Origin: a virus
Reading direction: 5' to 3' (one strand)
IMG/VR virus record: IMGVR_UViG_3300027969_000001
Location: 64,001-128,000 of that record
Length of the DNA: 64,000 bases
How positions within the stretch are numbered: position 1 is the first letter of the stretch; each line of letters opens with the position of its first letter. Both the position numbers and the translations under genes were made by a program. The notes under the pieces are model-generated. The model saw only the letters and a program-made list of their open reading frames with translations. It was not told the DNA's origin and searched no databases. Positions 9,816 to 18,400 of this stretch are shown piece by piece.

Positions 9816-10817
9816 TTGTCTAAGTACCGTCGTTTCCTAACATCCCTTTTAATTACATCTTGCGTTTCCGTAAGTGTTGTTGACGCTGCGGGCGTCAAGA
9901 CTGGGGGTGATAGTTCAACAACGAGTACCTCAGCGGTTTCCGTAATCAACCCTGCTGTGCAGAACAAGGTGAACGTGATGGCTGTCAGCACAATGCATCC
10001 CGAACTAGTGGTTCAGCTACGTTCTAAAAAGGGTGGTTCCATCAAGTTCTGGGAGGCTGTCTCCTGGTGTGAGACTAACCACAACTGGGAAAACGGTGGA
10101 TATTTCTCTGGCGGTTTGGGAATGGCTCAGTCTGTCTGGGAGGGATATGGCGGACGTCAGTTTGCTTCCCGTCCACCTAAGGCAACCAAGGAAGAGCAGA
10201 TTATTGTTGCGAACCGTATGGCGTTTTTTGGATATCAAACAAGAAATGTATTTCGTACGCTTGATGACAAGCTGAACAACAGGCCTTTCTTTCGCCCAGC
10301 CGTTGGTTGGCGTAACTCTAGTAACTGGGGTAGGACATGTGTTAACTGGAAGACCCGCAAACCTACGCGAGATAGATACACCGAAGCCGGAATGACTGAG
10401 TGGTTAAAGACGCGCCCTAGTAGTGAAACAAAGAGTTCTGTTCCCTCGGGAAGCGTTAGTAAATCAAGCGTGTCATCCACGGTTAGTCACTCAAGTGACA
10501 AAACTAAAAGGTGCCCCAAATGGGAAGCTCAGTTACGCGCAAATGGCCTTGTTCCAGTAGATAGGTTTTCTTATATTATGTGGCGTGAAAGTAGATGCAC
10601 CGAAAAGGTTGTGTCTAAATTAAACAGTAACGGCACAAGAGATTACGGCTTACTGCAGATTAATAGCTCATGGAAAACAGTGACTGCACAAGTGTGCGGT
10701 TCTAAGTTTGGCGACCTAAAAGTGTTGTTGAATAGCAAGTGCAATTTAAAGGTTGCTCGTTACTTGTTTAATAACGGTGGGGCTCATCACTGGGCTAGTA
10801 ATTCAGGCAGTAACTAA
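9816..10817 (+). CDS. secreted muralytic enzyme: Rpf-like transglycosylase plus C-terminal SLT/lysozyme-like domain
   Basis: Signal-peptide-like N-terminus; WEAVSWCET.NW...GGLG...W..YGG...ATKEEQI.VA (Rpf); IMWRESRC...NGTRDYGLLQIN..W (SLT). Confidence 0.85.
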   Translation: MSKYRRFLTSLLITSCVSVSVVDAAGVKTGGDSSTTSTSAVSVINPAVQNKVNVMAVSTMHPELVVQLRSKKGGSIKFWEAVSWCETNHNWENGGYFSGGLGMAQSVWEGYGGRQFASRPPKATKEEQIIVANRMAFFGYQTRNVFRTLDDKLNNRPFFRPAVGWRNSSNWGRTCVNWKTRKPTRDRYTEAGMTEWLKTRPSSETKSSVPSGSVSKSSVSSTVSHSSDKTKRCPKWEAQLRANGLVPVDRFSYIMWRESRCTEKVVSKLNSNGTRDYGLLQINSSWKTVTAQVCGSKFGDLKVLLNSKCNLKVARYLFNNGGAHHWASNSGSN

Positions 10818-10860
10818 ATACATAAAGACATGTTGATTCAGGATAAATTTATCTGAATAC

Positions 10861-11064
10861 TTATTGTTTGTTTCTAGTTAGTTCTAGGCCCATGGAGTGA
10901 GCGAAAGCTCTAGCTTCATCGGGGGAAATAAAAGAACCAGCTCTATATGAGGTTCCATTACGCAACCTCAGCAGAATCCATTCATCTACATCAGCAAGCT
11001 TCATTACGTGAAACGAATCTTCGCCTTTTATTTTTATTCCATCTGAAGAGAAGTCGTAAGACAT
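10861..11064 (-). CDS. hypothetical protein
   Basis: ORF track; AAGGA RBS. Confidence 0.55.
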   Translation of the reverse strand: MSYDFSSDGIKIKGEDSFHVMKLADVDEWILLRLRNGTSYRAGSFISPDEARAFAHSMGLELTRNKQ

Positions 11065-11067
11065 TTG

Positions 11068-11364
11068 TTATTTTTCCTTGGAGAGGATAAATTCAGCTAA
11101 AAAAGCGGCAGCGTCTGCTATCTCTGCTGGTTCTGGGTCGTGTAATAAAACATTAGACAGGTGAGACGCTAGTGTATCCGCATCACGGAGAGCGTCGTTT
11201 AGCGCAGTGCGCGCCTCAATAAGCTCTAGCTTTAAGCTGAACGCACGAGACTCTGCATCTCTTAGTGCTTTTTGTTCAGGACTGCTTGGTACTGAGTGTA
11301 AATTTTCCAAATTTGTCTCGGCTGATTGTTTCATCTTTTTTTGCCATTTCTTCATATCTATCAA
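11068..11364 (-). CDS. coiled-coil hypothetical protein
   Basis: ORF track. Confidence 0.5.
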   Translation of the reverse strand: MIDMKKWQKKMKQSAETNLENLHSVPSSPEQKALRDAESRAFSLKLELIEARTALNDALRDADTLASHLSNVLLHDPEPAEIADAAAFLAEFILSKEK

Positions 11365-11483
11365 GCGTCCAAAAGACCCTATGCCAATTCTTCATGCTTG
11401 AAGAATCATCTTCCAATACCTTTATAGCATGAGCAAGTTGGTGCGCAATAGCTTTCCAGTCTTGGCCCTGTATGTTTTGGTTA

Positions 11484-11711
11484 TTAACTATGGTTGTCAT
11501 TAGATTCGCCTGTTTTTTCTGCTTCAATCCAGACCCTGGCCCCACATTTATCTGGAGTTTCTGACTGGACTACCGTTGCTGCAACATTATTACAATGTGG
11601 ACATACTATGTCAAGCGTTCTCTGATGCTTTGAACCCTTGTATGTTCTATCAATGATTGCAGCAAGACCTTTTTTAATGTTTTGCTGATGAACGTGAATG
11701 ATGTGTTTCAT
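11484..11711 (-). CDS. hypothetical phage protein (IIHVHQ...CGARVWIE)
   Basis: Recurrent small-phage-protein motifs. Confidence 0.65.
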   Translation of the reverse strand: MKHIIHVHQQNIKKGLAAIIDRTYKGSKHQRTLDIVCPHCNNVAATVVQSETPDKCGARVWIEAEKTGESNDNHS

Positions 11712-11902
11712 TCTTCGTCAGCGTAATCTTCTAGATTACAAATGATTCTTTCTTTCTCTTCCTCTGTCATGAGTAAAGACTTATCACTCACTTTGTAAAC
11801 CCACTCACCATCTTCTCGCATGTAGATGTCAAGAAGTCCAGCTTTGACCATTAAGCCAAGGTCCCTTGCAAGCTCTTCTTTTCTATAAGTCTCATCACTC
11901 AT
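11708..11902 (-). CDS. hypothetical protein
   Basis: AAGGA RBS; coupled to the next gene. Confidence 0.6.
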   Translation of the reverse strand: MSDETYRKEELARDLGLMVKAGLLDIYMREDGEWVYKVSDKSLLMTEEEKERIICNLEDYADEE

Positions 11903-11929
11903 TTGTTTATTCCTTTTTATTACTATTAG

Positions 11930-12003
11930 TGGGCCCTCTGGGACTTGAACCCAGGACTGACGGATTATGAGTCCGGCGCTCTAACCAACTGAGCTAAGGG
12001 CCC
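11930..12003 (-). tRNA. tRNA with CAT anticodon, probably Ile2 (lysidine type) rather than Met
   Basis: GGGCCCT/AGGGCCC acceptor, TAGCTCAG D arm, CT-CAT-AA loop, GTTCAAGTC T arm; 5' end resembles ileX-type tRNAs. Confidence 0.85.
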
Positions 12004-12017
12004 GTATTTTTTCTTAG

Positions 12018-12090
12018 TGGGCTAGACGGGGATTGAACCCGCGACCGCCATTTTATAAGAATGGTGCTCTTACCGCTGAGCTACTAACCC
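12018..12090 (-). tRNA. tRNA-Ile(TAT)
   Basis: GGGTTAG/CTAGCCC acceptor; CCATT-CT-TAT-AA-AATGG anticodon arm; GTTCAATC. Confidence 0.9.
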
Positions 12091-12096
12091 TAAAGG

Positions 12097-12435
12097 TTAG
12101 CTGTATATTCGCCAAGTGGTATTCGTTTCGGGGTCACTATTTCCATCCCAGTAGGTTGGTATTTCTCCGAGAATAGTAGCTGCGTTATGTATGTCTAAGT
12201 CCATTTTGGGCAGCTCTGTGTCTAGCTCAGCAAGCCATCCAGCGGCAAAATAATCTTCTGACCGTGCAGACATTACTTCCGGCATCCATGTTTTTATGAT
12301 TTTTGTTAATTGCAAATTTTCTGCATTAGCTTGCGAAAGTTTCTCCTCAAGAAAATGACAATGGTCAACCCAAAACTTGAGAGCTCTACGTTCTTCTATC
12401 CGTTTTTGTGCTGGCGGAAGGTCGGGCATTTCCAT
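12097..12435 (-). CDS. hypothetical protein
   Basis: 112-aa ORF. Confidence 0.6.
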   Translation of the reverse strand: MEMPDLPPAQKRIEERRALKFWVDHCHFLEEKLSQANAENLQLTKIIKTWMPEVMSARSEDYFAAGWLAELDTELPKMDLDIHNAATILGEIPTYWDGNSDPETNTTWRIYS

Positions 12436-12436
12436 T

Positions 12437-12778
12437 TTATTTTTGCTCCATATTTGAAATGGCTTTATTCATTCCGTCAACTATCTTGGCCTTCGATAGG
12501 CCGGAAGAAGTTTGTACTTTGTCAACGAAATTACCGTCTTTAAAAACTAGTAGCGCAGGTATCGACCTGATTTCAAATCTTGCTGCTAATTCAGGAAACG
12601 CGTCTACGTCAACCTTCGCAATAGAGAAAGAGTCATTCATTTCTCCTGAGAGCTCGTCAATAATCGGCGCAATCATTTTGCACGGTCCGCACCATTCGGC
12701 CCAGAAGTCAATAAGTACTGGATTTGTTGATGATTTAACAAATTCATCAAAAGTTTCGGAAGTTAGCTGAATAGTCAT
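12437..12778 (-). CDS. trxA: thioredoxin
   Basis: DFWAEWCGPCK, IRSIP. Confidence 0.95.
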   Translation of the reverse strand: MTIQLTSETFDEFVKSSTNPVLIDFWAEWCGPCKMIAPIIDELSGEMNDSFSIAKVDVDAFPELAARFEIRSIPALLVFKDGNFVDKVQTSSGLSKAKIVDGMNKAISNMEQK

Positions 12779-12808
12779 ATTGCTCCAATTTTTCTAATAG
12801 TGTAGGTG

Positions 12809-13261
12809 CTAATCATACTGAGGGTTAGTTAACAAATCAACTACGTCGGTTTCCATTATCAGAAAACCTTTTGCTGGGTTATCTGAACCACCGAAGTTTC
12901 GTTTCGTTGCATCGCTGTATTTGTTTTTGTTAGACCGTAGATAATTTTTAAGGCGAGAAACGGAAATTACAACGAACGCATTGTCTGGCGAGTATACGTA
13001 AACCCACCACTTTGCAGTAGTCACGTTTATTCCACTTTTGACCCACACTGGGGTGCCCTCGGAATCCTTAATTCCACGTGGATTTTGTTCTGTCTCAACA
13101 ACCATCCGGCCGTTTCTGTATCTATCAGATTTAACCTCAAAAGCTCCACCGGATAGAGCGTCTAAAAAACCTTTTATGGTTTCTTCGCCGGCTTCGCCGA
13201 ACTTTAAGTCTTTTACAAAGTCAAAAGTTCTTCCTGGTATGTCGAACTCTTTAGATGTCAT
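12809..13261 (-). CDS. putative PD-(D/E)XK nuclease-like protein
   Basis: G..GE...FEVKSD...VE; SG...T.A.WW.Y pattern. Confidence 0.55.
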   Translation of the reverse strand: MTSKEFDIPGRTFDFVKDLKFGEAGEETIKGFLDALSGGAFEVKSDRYRNGRMVVETEQNPRGIKDSEGTPVWVKSGINVTTAKWWVYVYSPDNAFVVISVSRLKNYLRSNKNKYSDATKRNFGGSDNPAKGFLIMETDVVDLLTNPQYD

Positions 13262-13265
13262 TTTT

Positions 13266-13514
13266 CTACTCTACAAAGTCAGAAGGATTTTGCAAAGATA
13301 TTCTAACGAATATTTCTTTTGAGACTTCATTAAAGTCAATAACTTCCAGCCCCATGGACTCGACCAACCTTTCGGCTAGGTCTTCAATAGAGAACTTGAG
13401 TTCGGCACCAGCTATGGTATCTATCTTGTTGAAGTCCGTGAATATGAGAATAGTGTCCACTATCTGGTCGATTATTGCCAGTCTGGCTTCATGGGAAAAT
13501 TTATTCTCTGTCAT
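13266..13514 (-). CDS. hypothetical protein
   Basis: ORF track. Confidence 0.55.
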   Translation of the reverse strand: MTENKFSHEARLAIIDQIVDTILIFTDFNKIDTIAGAELKFSIEDLAERLVESMGLEVIDFNEVSKEIFVRISLQNPSDFVE

Positions 13515-13576
13515 GTTGACATCCTACACCCATGCCGATAATGTGTACATCAGTCCCTAGTATGGAGGAAAGAAAT

Positions 13577-14071
13577 ATGAATATGGCACCAGTCACTATT
13601 GTTGGAAATCTCACAGATGAACCACAATTGACCTTTACAACGAACGGTCAGGCACGATTGTCCTTTTCCGTAGCAACAAATCATGTCTGGTATGACCAGA
13701 GCAATGAAAAGCAGGAAAAGGCAAGTTACATCAACGTAACTGCATGGCGTTACCTCGCAGAGAACTCTGCTCGTACCCTTGAAAAAGGAATCGGCGTTGT
13801 TATCTACGGTCGCCTTGAGCAGCGCTCATACGACGACAAAGAGGGAAACAAGCGTTCCATCGTTGAAATCGTTGCAGACGAAATCGCCATCGCAACCAAG
13901 TCTCTTGAAACAATTGAGCGCCGCCGTGGAAACGGTGGAGAAGGTTCTGCCGCAGGAGCTCCTGCACAGCGCTCAAATCAGCAGGGTGGGGCACCTCGCC
14001 GCAGCCGTCCAGTTACCGCCAGTGCTGGCGTCTCAGGCTCCTCTAACGAGGGAATGGATGAACCCTTCTAG
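13577..14071 (+). CDS. ssb: single-stranded DNA-binding protein
   Basis: VTIVGNLT.EP, AW..LAEN, GRLEQRSY, acidic DEPF tail; GGAGGA RBS. Confidence 0.95.
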   Translation: MNMAPVTIVGNLTDEPQLTFTTNGQARLSFSVATNHVWYDQSNEKQEKASYINVTAWRYLAENSARTLEKGIGVVIYGRLEQRSYDDKEGNKRSIVEIVADEIAIATKSLETIERRRGNGGEGSAAGAPAQRSNQQGGAPRRSRPVTASAGVSGSSNEGMDEPF

Positions 14072-14090
14072 GTCCTCCTAAGGAAAACTT

Positions 14091-14133
14091 AAGAAGCGCT
14101 CGGGAACCAGAGATGGGGAACGAGCGCTTTTTT
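14091..14133 (+). terminator. intrinsic terminator after ssb
   Basis: AAGCGCTCG...CGAGCGCTT followed by a T-tract. Confidence 0.75.
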
Positions 14134-14227
14134 TGTGCGCTAAATTATTTTATAAGAATGTTGTCATCTTTAAAAAATGCTACTAATATCTAAACAACTA
14201 CAAATAAACCCATTGAAAGGGGAATAT

Positions 14228-14476
14228 ATGTCAGAGTATGAAAAACTCAAGCAAAAGGGAATCATGAGCCGAGGACGCCCTCGCCATACTCCAGAACAAC
14301 AAGAACAGTCTCGTGTTCTTAACTCGTTCAGACAAGAAGCACGCCGTAGGGCTCACCTGGTCCTCAAGGAGCGCCACACTGAAGAGTTCGAAGAGATTTA
14401 TCTTGCGGAATTAAAAGACCTGCAAAAAGCAACTCGTCAAATTCGGGACAGAGTTAAGACTTCTCGGAAGAAGTAG
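14228..14476 (+). CDS. small basic protein with RGRPR (AT-hook-like)
   Basis: ORF track; AAGGGGA RBS. Confidence 0.65.
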   Translation: MSEYEKLKQKGIMSRGRPRHTPEQQEQSRVLNSFRQEARRRAHLVLKERHTEEFEEIYLAELKDLQKATRQIRDRVKTSRKK

Positions 14477-14633
14477 ACTCTTCCTCGTCTTCTAACTTTT
14501 TACGCTTCTTTGAATGTTCATAGATAGCAATTAAGTCCATTTTATTCTGAAAACTGTTATCGCGCATTAGTCCATCTAGTGCAGCAGCTTCACCAAGCAC
14601 TTTTATATCTGCGTCGGTATTGAAGGTTGTCAT
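14454..14633 (-). CDS. 59-aa hypothetical protein (MTTFNTDADIK...), below the ORF-track cutoff
   Basis: Translated by hand; TAATG coupling to the upstream gene. Confidence 0.5.
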   Translation of the reverse strand: MTTFNTDADIKVLGEAAALDGLMRDNSFQNKMDLIAIYEHSKKRKKLEDEEESTSSEKS

Positions 14634-14809
14634 TATTCTTTGCTTCCTCGATTGGGGCGTTTATAGACACGTTTTTTGGAAGCACCAAATTCAACATCCA
14701 CCCAGTCGTCAAAGTCTTCATAGTCTCCAGGACTGCTTTTTACATAACGCTCATAAAGAGACAGTAATTCGATGTATTCGTCGTCGTCTTCGTCAAAGCT
14801 GCGTCCCAT
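14633..14809 (-). CDS. 58-aa acidic hypothetical protein (MGRSFDEDDD...), below the ORF-track cutoff
   Basis: Translated by hand; tightly packed between neighbours. Confidence 0.55.
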   Translation of the reverse strand: MGRSFDEDDDEYIELLSLYERYVKSSPGDYEDFDDWVDVEFGASKKRVYKRPNRGSKE

Positions 14810-14811
14810 GA

Positions 14812-15060
14812 TTATTTCTCTTTAGGCTGTTCGTCGGGCTGCATGAAGGCTTGTTCAAATTGAAACATCTCTGCGGGTTCTAAAGAGTAGACCCATGGAT
14901 GCTCGTTAGCTATTTTCCTGATAGCAATATTTCTTTCTGGCTGTTCTTGTGGAACATTGAAATATTTAACTATGTCGACAAACGTTTCCAGTCCTGGTAT
15001 GTCTAGTCTTACGGACTTTAACCAGTCTGCGTTTTCTGTATTGTTATCTATGTTTGTCAT
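14812..15060 (-). CDS. hypothetical protein (ENADWLK)
   Basis: ORF track. Confidence 0.6.
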   Translation of the reverse strand: MTNIDNNTENADWLKSVRLDIPGLETFVDIVKYFNVPQEQPERNIAIRKIANEHPWVYSLEPAEMFQFEQAFMQPDEQPKEK

Positions 15061-15098
15061 AAGGGTATTGTCAAAGTCTATATCTATACGGTGTCAAG

Positions 15099-15290
15099 TT
15101 ATTGGAAAGATTTATTGGGCTCTTCAACCATGTCCCAGGAACTCCTGGACAATAAGTCGTCCACGTTTACATCAATTCTCTTCCCGTTGCCCATGATTAC
15201 ATAACCAAGGCGTATCTTTCCGGAGATGGTTTCTTCTTCTGAATCAACAAACAGCTTGTCGTTGTCCCTTTTTGCTATTAGTTTGTTCAT
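15099..15290 (-). CDS. small protein downstream of the giant gene
   Basis: GGAGG RBS; ATGA overlap. Confidence 0.65.
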   Translation of the reverse strand: MNKLIAKRDNDKLFVDSEEETISGKIRLGYVIMGNGKRIDVNVDDLLSRSSWDMVEEPNKSFQ

Positions 15291-15457
15291 TTTTTGCCTC
15301 CATCACGAAGTACTTGTATCAATTCAGATAAGGCCCTTTTTGTTCTGGATGCTTTTTCTCCACTTGCTTCATTCATGGCCATGTTTATGCCGAACGAAGA
15401 GATAGCTCTAGTCTCTTCTTCGTATCCTTTTTCGCCAATTTTCTTACTAGGAAGCAT
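15287..15457 (-). CDS. 56-aa protein (MLPSKKIGEKGY...) directly after the giant gene
   Basis: Translated by hand; starts 1 nt after the giant gene stop and overlaps the next start. Confidence 0.55.
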   Translation of the reverse strand: MLPSKKIGEKGYEEETRAISSFGINMAMNEASGEKASRTKRALSELIQVLRDGGKK

Positions 15458-15458
15458 C

Positions 15459-18400
15459 CTATAATCCCATCGTCTTTAGTTCTTCTACGGTTAATCCAAG
15501 GAACTCTGAAAGCATATCGTAGTGCTCTGCTTTGAGCCTTCTTAGTCCTTCGTTTGCTGGAGCCGTAGCGTAAGCTATTGCTTCCGCTATGTATTCCGCC
15601 CTGTTGGTTGCAGCGTAATCGCTTATTTGCTTAGCTAGTGATGAATCGTATTCTGAAAGCATGTTTACCATTGAGGAAAGTTCGTCTTCAATTTCGGAAC
15701 TACTTCTTCCGGCTTTTAGTTCGTCTTTTGCCCACGAGGTGGCGGCTTTTAGTTCTTTATAGATTCCATCTAAATCTTCTGATTCACGTTTGAATGCAGC
15801 TTTATTTGTCTTTTTAGCCATAGCGTGGATTGCGTGTCCAAGTTCGTGACGTATTACGTACTCTCCGGTAAGGTTTGTCCCCGGAATATAGTCCTTAAGG
15901 ACTTTGTCTGGGAATGCTATGAAGCCATAAGACGGTGTGTATACCCCGCCTCCGGCGTACCAGTTAGTTGGCTCTAGGTCGGATTCAAAAATAAACCCTT
16001 GCTTGAGCCCAAAGTCAGTTAGAAGCATTGGTGGTATGTCAAATCTTCCGAGCATGTTTCTCAATGATGGTGAATTGCTTAGTGTCAATTCAACTTTTTT
16101 CTGAAGTTCTTTTTGTTTATCCCAATTAATTTCTAGTTCTTCAATGAGTTTATTAATTTTTCTAATACTCTTGTTTGAATTCTTTGTGTGCGGAGAACTT
16201 CTCAATATTGATGCAAGCTCTTCAGGGGAAGACGGAACGGCTCTGATTGATAATTCATTTGCAGAATAAGCAACATATTCAGCGTCGCTGCGAGGTTTTG
16301 CTCCTGGACGGCCTTTGCGAAGCCTCCTATTTGACCTGCCGCTACTTAATCGCGTGGATTCAGGAGAGGAATCTCCTGCCTGTTCTCCTCCAGCATTGAG
16401 TATGTAATCTTCATCGAATGCGCCAGGGGTACCGCCGTAGTCTATGTCGTATTCAGAAACCGCAGGTATGCCTAGACGTCTTGATAGCGCTTGAAGTTTT
16501 TCTCCTTCGTCTGGGTTTTCTCCGGTGTAATCATCCCTTACTATGATGTAGGCAATATCGTCTAGCGAAATTCCGCCCTCGCCGGGATGTACCTGTGCTT
16601 CGACTGGATAGTCGAAAGTGTCTTTTTCTCCAGCGTTTCTCAACATCATCATGTTTATATCAGGAGAGTTCATTGCTGACGTTGTTCCCATTAAGCTGAG
16701 GGAGTCTGATTCTGTTACGGTTGTTCTGTCTTCATTTCCTGGCTTGAGGACTAATAGGTAGTTGCCGTACTGCTGACCAGAACCAGCCACTTCTTCAGTT
16801 ACTCCACCATATGCAGCCATTCCATAGATTGGTCTGAATTCTGGAGCCATATCTGGTGGATATCCAAACAGTGTTACTTCCGCTTGCTGTCTAGCTTGAG
16901 GATTGTAATGTCCATTGCTTCTGCCTGTTTCAAACTGACTAAGAAGTTTTTTGTTTTTTATAAGACCGCTTATTGCTTCTTTGTCTACAGCAACGACTAC
17001 GCGATTATAATCCATTGGCCCTGGCTGGAAATAATCTCCACCCATGCCAACGAGTTCTTTTGCGTATTTATCGTATTCGCTTACCAAGTCTTCAACGGTA
17101 CCTCTAACACGCATGTCCGCGGACATTATTATTTTTTTACGTTCATTTTCTAGATACTTAGCGCGTGTTATGTGTATCCCGGCACGAAGAACCAAGCCTT
17201 TGGCAATGGTTTCAGCATCCCATTCCATCATTTGAGGGTCTCTAGATAAAACTATTCCTGTTATTTTGTCAATTGCTGGACCGATGCGTTCACTGAATGG
17301 AGACCTCTCTCTAATACGTGCCCATGGCCCCTTTGAAGTTTCTAGTAGGAATGGGTTAATTTCTTCTCCGTCGAATGCTTTTTTAAAACGAGGGTCATCG
17401 AGTACACCATCAATTAGTTCACCAATAACAGCACCTATTTTAGGGTCTATAGTTTCGTCCAGAAGCCAAGATACTGGTCTTCCTTCTTTTCTTGCGATAG
17501 CAATATCTTCGGTTGGTTCCTTCAGTGACCTTGGATAGGCAGCAACAAGGGCTTTGGCGTGTTCGTTACTTACGTGCTCGGTTAGTCCGGACGAAAGCTT
17601 TTTTCCAGCGTTTTTCCCAACCGATTCTCTTTGTCCGTCAAGAACTTCCGGAGTGGCGGAAGCGGCAAAAGCTCTGCCATCCGGGGATAATGCATCAGAG
17701 TGTTGAAGGTTCTGTTCAGGCCATGTATCCCTGTGAAGGCGCATCATTTCTGATGCTATTCCCGTACGTCTGCGGGTTCTGGCTACGCCAGTCCTTAGGA
17801 TTTCGCTGTGGTCATCCTCGTTCCACTTTATGGTCGTCATCAGTCCTATCGAATTCTTGGAGTCTTCCATTCGCTTTAGGGCATCTAAGACGTTTACTTC
17901 TTCAATAGGAACTGGCCCTTTTTTATCAGTCATCGGATTGAAACCAAGTTTTGTCCAGCTTTCGGAAAGTTTTTGTCTAGCGTCATTTACGCTTCCAGTA
18001 TCATAAGCAGTTATGGTTCCACCAGCATCAAGAACTACCCAGTAGCTAGTTTCGTTTCCATCTTTAGATGTGTGTTCAATATGTCTTGCTGAAACTATGC
18101 CGTAGTAGTTTGCATTCATAACGCTCTCTACTACTTTTTTCTTACCGGACGACATGCGCAGTTCTTGATTTAATTCATCAGGCTGCAGTACTTCTGTTCC
18201 GGAAATGGAGCGAGGTTTTACCAGTGTTGATAAGTCCACTTTCTTGTTGCCCTGTTTATAGTTTTTAATAGCTCTAACAATAAGTGCGGGTGTTATCGCA
18301 TACAGTCTATTCCTGCCTTCATCAAGAGTAACGGAAGAGAATCCAACAAAAGGTCTCTGCATGCCGATTATTTGTTTTTCATAACCAGGTCCAAGCTTGT

